A stretch of DNA of 45,894 nucleotides, counting the filler, from Jimgerdemannia flammicorona (taxonomy: Eukaryota), in the NCBI GenBank assembly GCA_003990765.1. It is 2 parts of 2 records of this genome, joined end to end, with 100 filler letters (N's around TTAATTAATTAA, not from the genome) between each part and the next. Parts side by side here need not be neighbours in the genome. Positions count along the whole stretch, not along the records: positions 23,003 to 45,894 come from RBNJ01001189.1; 1 more part is not named here. One strand, given 5' to 3'. The position numbers and the translations under genes were made by a program. Below are positions 36,477-45,894 of the stretch, in pieces (within the stretch, counting starts at the first letter, position 1; the number at the start of each line of letters is the position of its first letter). The notes under the pieces were generated by a model. That model ran no database searches. It was not told the DNA's origin and saw only the letters and a program-made list of their open reading frames with translations.

Positions 36477-37346
36477 ACTTAGTATCTATTGGCTGGTAAT
36501 TTAAGATAAATCTCTCACTTTTAAGCTAAATAACAAACAACTGCTATCTAAAGAATAACTATATAAACCAAATTAAGATATTTAGACAAAATAGATATAA
36601 GACTACTAGTATTCTATAAATATACTTCAGATGGATTAATTATTATCTTTATTAATGATTTGAATAATATACTACTATAAGAATTCTGACAGTAAGATAG
36701 CAAGTAGTCTTTATACTCTTTAGTCTCTAAAGTTCAATAAGAGTAGTATTTATAGTTGTAAACTATATAAAAGCAGATGATGATACTATATTAGTAGTAC
36801 AAAAGGCCTGGTTCTGAACTACCTACTATATAGATGAGATTAAGTAAGTTCTAAAGAATTAGCTCAATATAATATACTAAGAAATAAGTGAAGATTCAAA
36901 TATATTCTACACCAGAATCTAATATTAGATAATTTTTACTAATTATACTAATACTATCTAAGACTAAGTAGCTGAAGCAATCTTTATAAAAAGAATCTAC
37001 TTAGAGATAGCTATGACTATTTACCACTACTAGTAGTCTTGGACCTGCTACAAAATATCACTTATGCTTAGCAATACTAGATAGCTAGATATTCTCAAAA
37101 CTATATAATAGAAAGAGTTACTAGAGTTAGAATTAAAGTATCTAAGACAACTAGTATAATCTCTACCATAGTGATCAATTAAAATACACCTTAACTAAGA
37201 GCTACTGAATAGTAGAGGAATAGTAACTCTATGAAGAAACTTGCTAAGAAGTTTGCTAAAATAACTGCCCACCTAGAAGATATAGTAAAGAAAATTAGAA
37301 AAAGAGACTGCTACCCCATCGAGAAGTTTGCTGTCACTATAGACAG

Positions 37347-37749
37347 TATAACAGTTCTAGTTTCTAAATGAGGAAGTGACTAATTCTGATGGTCTTAAGT
37401 AGCTCGAAAAGATATTAAGGATTCAAGTATTCTCAAAAGAGTTCTGAGAGAAAATATTCTGAGGCTTTATTCATGAGAACAAAGGGAATATTTATACAAG
37501 ATCTGAAAGAAGGATCTGGAAGGATCTGAGAAATCAAAGGAAAATACCAAGAGGAAAGTTCTTAGCAAAGATGACAAATGATGACAAATAAAGTTCTACA
37601 AGTTTTCAGGATAATCAGTAACTAGCTAAATAAGTACTAGAGGATGCTTGGCACTAAGAAAGGATTTCTAAGCATTCAGAAAGTACTGGAAGGTCATAGA
37701 ATATTGAAGAAAGATAAAGAAAAGAAATAAACTATGCTAAAATGTTACA
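37347..37749 (-). repeat. 3' LTR of the chromovirus
   Basis: TATAAC...GTTACA on the + strand, adjacent to the PPT. Confidence 0.93.
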
Positions 37750-38089
37750 TCTCCCCCTTCTTAAGAATCAATATCCTCATTGAATTCTCAAAGTTATATA
37801 TGATAAAAAATAAGACTAAAAGAAACTTCAAATTAAATGTATTGACTCATTGGCAAGAATTGGTCATCCTTATATAAGGCAAGGACCAAAGTATCATCTT
37901 GATCAGATGAGAACTGGTTCAAATCTCATTGGTTGTAGGATTTATAGGGTTCTCTTATATCTCTTGTTTCTGATGTTATATCCCTTAGAGAGCCCTGATG
38001 TGTAATGTGCCTAATCAGTACAGTAGGTTATCTACTATCCAAGGGGAGAATCTCACAAGCAGTCAATGAGTTCCTTTTTGCTCGAACTC

Positions 38090-41000
38090 TTAGATGAGGT
38101 CTTGGGAGTTCTTGAGATTGGCAGCAGGTTCCCAGGTAGTATTATATTTAGAGTAACCCATCCACTTGACTAGGTATTCTGTGCGACAGTATCAGACTCG
38201 CTTGTCTAAGATTTTCTCAACTTCATACTTGATGTGGTCTTCAACTATAACTGGTGCTGATGGTATCAGAATTTGGCCAGGGTATGGGAGTGACTGGTTC
38301 CAGGCCTTGAGTTATGATATATGGAATACTGGGTGTATATATATGATTGTTGGCAAGTTGAGATAGTAAGACCAGGTGGAGACTTGCTTGGTGATCTCGA
38401 AGGGTCCAAGGTACTTGGGCTAGAATTTGGCTGACTGGCAGTTGACTTGAGATTGAGTCTTGATATTGTTGGCTTTGAGTAAAACCATATCACCAATGTT
38501 GTATATGATATCTCACTGCTTCTTATCTGCATACTTAGCTTGATGTTGCTGAGCCTTTTGTAGGTTCATAGTGGTGATCTTGAGAAGGGAATCTATTTTG
38601 TCAATAAGGTTCTGGGCTATAGAGACTTGTGTGTGACTGGATTGCTGGAATTGGACTAGGCTTGCAGGAGTCTCAGGATTTTGACCATGAAGTAGCTGAA
38701 ATAGGGAAAGACCAGTTGATGATTGGTTAGCATTGTTGTAAGTAAACTCGGCATAGGTCAGATAGTGGTCCCAATCATCTTGCTCATAAGACACATAGTT
38801 TCTGAGCATTTGTTCAAGTATTCTGTTCATTCACTCAGTCTGTCCATCAGTTTGAGAATGGAAGGCAGTGGACATAGCAATTTGGGTTCCAAGGGTCTTG
38901 AAGAGTGCTTGCCAGAAGTAATTTGTGAACTTGGGATCACAGTCACTGATAATTACTCAGAGAAGTCCATAATGGTGGAAGACAGTCTTGAAGAAGATTC
39001 TTGCAATTTCTAGGACAGTGATATTGGTTGTGGTTGGCTCAGTGATTGTAATCTTGGTGAGACAGTCTACAAACACAACAATAGCATCATAGTCTGTTTT
39101 GGTTTGTGGGAGTTGTACAATAAAGTTCATTGTGACTTGTTCAAACTTCTTAGTTGGAATTGACAAGGGTTGTAGAAGACTGGCAGATGCTTGGTTGCTT
39201 GACTTGTTTCTTTGACAAAGATCATAGCTTTGGACATACTCCTTGGTTTCCTTGAGCATGTTTGGCCAGTAGTAGTCTTGTTGGATATTCTTGATGGTTT
39301 TCTCAGTTCCAAGGTAATCAGCTAGTGGGGAGTCATGATGTTCATGAAGAATTTTGTACTGTAGTTTAGGGTTGGTAGGAATATATACTTTGTCTTGATA
39401 GTATATGAGGTTGTCCTTGATGGTGTACTTTTTCTTGAATTCCTTGGTATTCCTTTGTAGAACCAGAGAGTCTTGTTTGTATGCCTTCTTGATTTGATTG
39501 AGGAATTCAGGTGCTATGGTGACTTGTAAAATTGTGATAAGGTCAGGTCTTCTTGAAAGTACATCTGGTACAACTAGAGTTTTGCTGGGCTTGTAGATGA
39601 TGTTTGGGGTAAAGGTCTGAAGTAGTTGACTCCACTTGGCTTGTTGGCAAAAAAGGGTTGGTTGAGTGTTGATGTACTGAAGGGATCTGTAATCAGTGAT
39701 CATGTCAAACTCAACTCCTTCTAGATAGTATTGTCAGATCTTAAGGATATATATGATTGCCAAGAGTTCCTTTTCATGAATAGCCAGCTTTTGTTCTACT
39801 GGGGACAATTTTCTTAACTCAAAGGCAATAGGTTGGTGTCCTTGACCATCATCTTGAGAAATGACTGCACTAATGGCAAAGTTAGATGTATCTATAGTGA
39901 CTGTGAACTTCAAGTTTGGGTCTATGTTTCTCAGAACAGATGCATGGGTCAGGCAGTTCTTGAGTTCTTGAAAAGCTTGTTGACAGAAAGCATCCCAGAT
40001 ATAGGGGACATAGAGGTCAGAGTTGGGTTCCTTTCACAGGAGGTTTGTCAAAAATTCTGTAATGCCAGAGAAGTTCTTGACAAATTGATAGTAGTATCCA
40101 GCCAGACCAAGAAAGGACCTGGGTTCGGTGAGGTTTGCTGGTACAGGCCACTGTTCAATGGCTTGTATTTTCCTTGGGTCTACTTGAATTCCTTTGGCTG
40201 ATATAATGTGTCCAAGGTATTCAACTTGATCCTTGAAAAATTTACATTTCTTAAGCTTTGCATAGAGCTTATTCTCACAGAGGATCTTGAGGACTTATTC
40301 AATATGCTTGAGATGTTCTTCTTCAGTTCTACTGAAGATCAGGATGTCATCAATATATACAAGTATAAAGATATAGAGCTGGTCCTTGAAGACAGTTTGC
40401 ATGAGATCTTAAAAGGTTGCTGGTATATTGGTGAGACCAAAGGCTATGACTAGAAATTCATAGAGTTCAAAGAGTGTCATAAAGACAGTCTTGGGTATGT
40501 CTTCTGGCTTGATTTGAATTTGGTGATATTCAGAGGTAAGATCAATCTTGGTAAAGTACTTTGCATTCTTGAGAGCATCAAAGATTTGATCTATGAGCAG
40601 TAGTGGATAATAGTTCTTGACTGTGATCTTGTTGAGTACTCGGTAGTCTATGCATATTCACAGAGTATCATTCTTTTTCTTGACAAATAGAACTGGGGAG
40701 CCAAAGGGTGACTTGCTTGGTTGAATAGCTCCTCACTCAATGAGTTCATTGAGTTCCTTCTTGACTGCTTCAATTTCGAGTAGAGATATGTAGTACATTT
40801 TCTTCTTAGGTATAGCTACATTAGGTACTAACTTGATTTCATGGTTATGGTCTCTTGAAGGTGGTAGACCAGGTAGTTTGTTTGGGAAGACATCCTTGTA
40901 CTTATTCAGTAGTAACTTGACACTTTCACTAATTGATAGCTTCTTGTCTTCTTTCTTTGGTCGGACTAGTACCACAAAGGTACAGGTAGCTTTCTTGAGG

Positions 41001-41457
41001 GCCTTCTTGAACTGAATTGCTGAAAGGGTAGCAATTGGAGTTCTCGTCTGAGTCTTGTCTAGCTTGATGGTAATGTTGGCTCCATCCTGAATCAAGGTGA
41101 CTTCATTCTTGGTCCAATCAATCTAAGAGTTGTGCTGTGTAAGCTAGGGTTTGCCTAGGATCAGGTCATGGTCTCCTAGTGGTGCTACCTCAAAGTCTAA
41201 ATGTTCTCAGTACTTCTGGATCTTGAGGGGAAGTTTAGTGGCAATTGAGTCAATTGGTAAGGTAGTGCTATCTGCAGTGATAACTCTACTATTCTTGCTA
41301 GCTAGTTTGGTGAGAATCTTGAGCTTGTCAATGAGGTTCTTGTTGATGAAGTTCTCAACAGCTCCACTGTCTATGAGAACATCTAGTTCTTGTCCCTTGA
41401 CTAGACCTTTGAAAATGAGCATTGAATTGGCTCAGTTCTCAGCTATGCTTGCAACTT
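38090..41457 (-). pseudogene. pol: aspartic protease, RT, RNase H, integrase, chromodomain; many stops
   Basis: [97 protein letters not shown]. Confidence 0.93.
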
Positions 41458-41860
41458 AGTCAGTGCTGCCAAAGCCTTTCTGATCTCACTTGGTTGGAGA
41501 TAGCTTGGTGACTTCTTTGATGACTGGTAGAGTAGCTCGCTCCAGAATGAGCTGTGCAATTCTGTCACCTTCATTGACAGTGTATGGTTGGTTCTTGTAG
41601 TTGACTAGCAGGACTTGCATTTCACCTTGAAAGTCAGAGTCAATGACTCCAGCACTAATATTCAATGAGTACTTGAAACTGAGGCCAGATCTTAGTGCAA
41701 TTCTTACATAATATTCCTTGGGGATTTTGACTGAAAGGCCAGTTGGAATGAGCCTTCTCTCATGTACTGGAATAGTGACTTGTTATACTGCTTAAAGGTT
41801 CAAACCAATGGCTCCTTCTGACTATGCTTGAGGGATCTAGGCCTTGGGGTTGACTCATAT
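41458..41860 (-). pseudogene. Trimeric dUTPase domain within the retrotransposon polyprotein, in frame with gag
   Basis: My translation: GAIGLNL*...IPTGLSVKIPKEYYVRIALRSGLSFKYSLNISAGVIDSDFQGEMQVLLVN...GDRIAQLILE...*DQKGFGST, matching dUTPase motifs I-V. Confidence 0.92.
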
Positions 41861-42720
41861 GAAATTGAGTATAACTTCTTGTTCAACTGGTTGACCTTGA
41901 GTATCTTTGGACAGAACCAGGATCCTTTTTGGTTTGGCAGTTTTCTTGGGACATTTGGTTGCAATATAATCAGGCTGACAGAAAAAGAAGCAGGCTCCAG
42001 CCTTCTTGAGATGCTCCTTTTCCTCAGGTGTAAGCTTGCCTTTCTTGCTCTTGTTGATGGTGTCTAGGTCCATGGGGGCAGGTCCAATTGTTCTGACTTT
42101 GGGTTCCTCCCTTCTGTGGTTATTGTTGTTGAAAGGCAGTCTCTTCTGTTCAAAGCGGTGACTATAAGTGATGACATCAAACCTATCAGCAATTTTCATT
42201 ACTATATCTAGGTCCTTGGGTTCTTCTAGTTCAACATGAACTCAGGTTTGACCTTTCAGGCATCAGATGTACTTGTTGACCTTCTCATCTTCAGTGACAT
42301 GTGGTAATTCTAGCAGGATTGATAGGAATTGTATATTGTATGCTTGCACAGACTTGAGTTGTTTGACATTTGCCAGATGGTCTCATATAGCCTTGATGCT
42401 ATTGACTGGTTTGAATTGGCCTTGAATAGCATCAGAGAATTCACCCCAGGTCTTGATTCAGCCAGAGAATCTGGTATTCTGGACATGATTTCACTACCAG
42501 ATTGCAGTATTCTCTTGGAGAAATGTAGCAGCAAATTGGACTAGTGTTGCTTCTTCCAAATTGGTCAGTTCTTTATATTGCTTCAATTGGAAAGCCAGAC
42601 ATTGGTAGACAGTCCTCCTCTTTGACCATCAAAGATGTTGGGTTTCTGAGGCTTAATAGTGACTGCTGTCGGATATATTGATATCAGTGGGGGTACAGAG
42701 GTATGAGCAGAGGCCTTGCT
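41861..42720 (-). pseudogene. gag of the chromovirus
   Basis: KPQKPNIFDG, FAATFL..AIW, PAPMDLD, KLTPEEKEHL..GACFFFCQPDYIATKCP (degenerate CCHC knuckle). Confidence 0.85.
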
Positions 42721-42966
42721 TTTCTTTCTTTCTATTCATTCTTAAAGTTGAGCAATTTAAGCTAATGCAGTCTGCAAAAGACTCTCGATGGCCCCATTTG
42801 ACTGAGTAGGGTTTTGCTGTTCCTCTTCTTCTTACTGATAGTATGAGATATTGCCTGGACCATAGATACTATAAAGGATTCCACCCATTGTTCTCCATAG
42901 TGTTGTGACTGATATCTTGAGAGATGTCTTGATAAGGCTAGGTGTAACTTAACCACTGCTACCAAG

Positions 42967-43369
42967 TATAACAGTTCTAGTTTCTAAATGAAGAAGTGAC
43001 TAATTCTGATGGTCCTAAGTAGCTTGAAGAGATACTAAGGATTCAAGTATTCTCAAAAGATTTCTAAGAGAAAATATTCTAAGGCTTTATTCATGAGAAC
43101 AAAGGAGATATTTATACAAGATCTGAAAGAAGGATCTGGAAGGATCTGAGAAATCAAAGAAAAATATCAAGAGGAATATTCTTGGCAAAGATGACAAATG
43201 ATGATAAATAAAGTTCTACAAGTTTCTAAGACAATCAGTGACTAGCTAAATAAGTACTAGAGGATGCTTGGCACCAAGAAAGGATTTCTAAGCATTCAGA
43301 AAGTACTGGAAGGTTATAGAATATTGAAGAAAGACAAAGAAAAGAAATAAACTATGCTAAAATATTATA
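42967..43369 (-). repeat. 5' LTR of the chromovirus
   Basis: Ungapped match to 37347-37749, adjacent to the PBS. Confidence 0.93.
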
Positions 43370-43398
43370 GATATGAAGAAAGATACCTACTATATCTG

Positions 43399-43644
43399 AG
43401 TTATAACTTAGTCACCTTATAGCTAGTAAACTTATATAAATATCTCTAGTATCTAAAGTGAATAAATCTTAGATTGAAATAGTTTAAAGTAAAGAAAAAG
43501 TGAGAGAACTAGTAAGTCTATAGGCAGATACTTTTCAAATATACATCTCTGTACTCTAAAGACTCTATAAGAGTTAGAATAAGATTAAGTTTCAAGATAT
43601 AAAAATCTACAATACTTCTGAAATTAGACATCTGCTATATTATA
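43399..43644 (+). mobile_element. Partial second LTR of the outer element
   Basis: Direct repeat of 36227-36476. Ends TATTATA (from TATTACA). Confidence 0.65.
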
Positions 43645-44199
43645 ATAGCTATTATTATCTATAAGCTTAAAATTCTCTCTAAACTTCTTTAGATATCTCA
43701 AATATTACTAATTAATCTTTATTATATAGTTATCTCTATTATCTATTTAGTTTTTTACTCCTTATCTTTTTAATATCTTTAAAATCTTTCTATATCTTGA
43801 TAGTTTACTAAGATATATTCTAATATCTATATCTTACTACTGTAATATATCAGCTCAATAAAGACAAATTATAAAGTTAGAAGTACTATATAGTTTGGCT
43901 TAAGTCTTTAGTTACTTTGTCAAAAAGTAACAAAATGTTCAATAGTTTCTAGTATTCTTATTAGTATTTAGTAGTATAATAGTCAAATCTAGATAGAGTA
44001 GTTGATTTTCTTATTGAAATAGTTCTTAGATATAGTGGTAATTTATATGTAATTTTTTTTTTTTGAATGGCAGATAATTTCTATATAGTGTGATAATCTT
44101 TAAATATATATAATTTCTATATAATAATCTTATATAATATAGCAGATTTGGTGAGATTCCTTAATAAGAAGTGAGTTAGTAGTTTCAATAAGTAACTTA

Positions 44200-45894
44200 G
44201 TCTTAATAGATAACTTAGATAACTCAGATATATAACTTAATAACTCAGATGGTAGATAACTTGAGTAGTATAGATTCTTTTCTTAGCAAAGTTATGTCAA
44301 AGACTGACTTTATTTATATAAATAAGTTCACTGTAAAGTTATATAAAAATAGATTAATATTATAGTAAGATATAAGTAGACTTCTCTTCTTTATATCAGA
44401 AAGTAGACCAGAGTAAAAAGTAAGCTCACAATCTCCTAGTAGTGGTTTTAAAACAGATATTTCTCCTAAGTATTGCAATTCTTTTCCTTTAGGATTAAGT
44501 GACTTTTAGTAGATATATCTCTTGAAGTATAGTAGGTAGACTTATCTTTTACTTTGAAATTTTTAGACTAAGATTTATTTATTCTTATCTCTGGGGTATT
44601 TTATATAATTATAGTTGCTACCTAATTACTATTTAACTAACTATAGATTGCTATTTATGGGAGAGAAGCAGACATTTACTATTAGGGTAATCTTTGAAGT
44701 TAGAGTGATCTTTAGGATCAAAGTGACCTTTAGGATCAGAGTGACCTTTGTAGTCAGAGTGATCTTTATGGTCAGAGTAACCTTTATGATCAATAATGTT
44801 TCTCTCTTTAGTTATTTGGTTATTTATACAAGTTGGTACAATAGAGTAGTCCTGATTAGTTAGTATATATAGTATAGTATATAGCTAAATTATAGTAACT
44901 AATTCAGATAGTAACTTGGTATATTTTTCTACTAACTCATTATATCAGCCTCTACCAAAGAATAGTCTATCTTCAGACTATCTTTTAGTCATCAGTTCAA
45001 TATATATAGATGTCTTCTATATCTATGCTAGTGCTATTATCTTCTTTTATATCTAGATTACTCTATTCTAGTTCTAGGTCTTCTTTCTGTTCTTTAGAGA
45101 ATAGGATATCTACTTATTGAAGAGTGCTTTAGAAGGTTACCTCATTTATCTGATAGATATCAATCAGATAAAAATAGGCTTATAACAAGGCTCTTATATT
45201 TTATTCATATAGAGTATAAAGTCTTTTTATAATTTAGACTTCTCAGAGAGTTATATCAGCTGGTCTTCTTAGATATAGTTGCTCTTATAATAATTGTCTA
45301 ATATTATAGAAGGTCTGCAGATAGTGGATCTATAATAGCCTCTGAACAATGGTAAGGTTTTCTTAATACTTTTGGATCAATTATATCAGAGTTCCTTCAA
45401 GTAGACAGAACTAAGGCAAGAGAATAGACAGAGCTTGAAAGGAACTGAAAATAAGGATCTGAAGATACTGGTTAATTCTCTAGATCATTATATAATAGTA
45501 GATATATCTTGAGATAATTAATATATACTAGAGTCTTCAGAGGTTATCTATCTATACTTCTTAAATAGATACTGATTTCTCTGATATTATATATAAGATA
45601 AAGTCTTTCTCATTTAGACTCTAATTTGATAGTAAAGTTTATTTCAATTATACTTCTCCAGACTAGTACTTGATCTCTAATTTTGATCTTCTGATTCTTC
45701 TATTTCTGATTATAGTCTTTTCTGAGTCTTAATTATCTGAGCTTAGACTTGATTATATAATTATTCTGCCTTTTTGAGAAGATCTCTGAAATTCTCATAA
45801 TTAGCAGTTTTGGTTTTCTTAATAAACATTATCTCAAATAGCTTTTGTTTGATAGTAGAAATATTCTAAATTTTCTATAGGATCTCTTTTTTTT
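44200..45894 (-). mobile_element. Degenerate family B copy: integrase C-terminal GPY/F-like domain (~45490-45740) plus long 3' region
   Basis: Minus strand reads KIRDQVLVWR...KLESK*ERLYL...RSIDR*PLKTLVYINYLKIY, which reverts by transitions toward GDQVLV..KLEPKWEGPY..RLKIY. Homologous to 230-950 and 6640-7990. Confidence 0.55.
44681..44791. repeat. 18-bp tandem repeat (rtcagagtgayctttakg-like) x6
   Basis: Read directly. Minus strand reads as HKGHSD-like hexapeptides. Confidence 0.85.

Larger units (their letters stand above)
37347..43369 (-). mobile_element. Full-length inactivated Ty3/Gypsy chromovirus: LTR-PBS-gag-dUTPase-PR-RT-RH-IN-chromodomain-PPT-LTR
   Basis: 403-bp LTRs at 37347-37749 and 42967-43369. 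PBS TGGTAGCAGTGG (42964-42953, tRNA-iMet type). PPT AAGAAGGGGGAGA (37762-37750). All pol domains present in Gypsy order. Confidence 0.95.

Overview
Eukaryotic, very likely fungal DNA (spliceosomal GT-AG introns with CTAAC branch points; protein style suggests an early-diverging lineage such as Mucoromycota, which is inference only). An artificial 100-bp N linker (22903-23002) splits the window. Left part (1-22.9 kb): a transposon graveyard with four same-strand copies of one APE-RT LINE family in very different states of C>T/G>A decay, remnants of a second L1/Tx1-like LINE, a foldback hAT-type MITE with an 8-bp TSD, fragments of a Gypsy-type element, and a 1.15-kb CpG-intact, hairpin-rich segment of unknown nature. 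Right part: a CpG-rich gene island (23-35 kb) with an SSZ1-type Hsp70, a large KDM3/JMJD1-type JmjC demethylase with AT-hook-like motifs, and an upstream spliced ORF. An abrupt switch at ~35.04 kb leads to AT-rich DNA holding a full-length but inactivated Ty3/Gypsy chromovirus that carries a dUTPase between Gag and protease, nested in an older LTR element. Most notable: RIP-like transition-dominated repeat mutation not limited to CpG, the dUTPase chromovirus, a LINE whose 3' end abuts CCCTAA-like repeats in head-to-tail arrays, and the AT-hook KDM3. Boundaries of degenerate elements are approximate.
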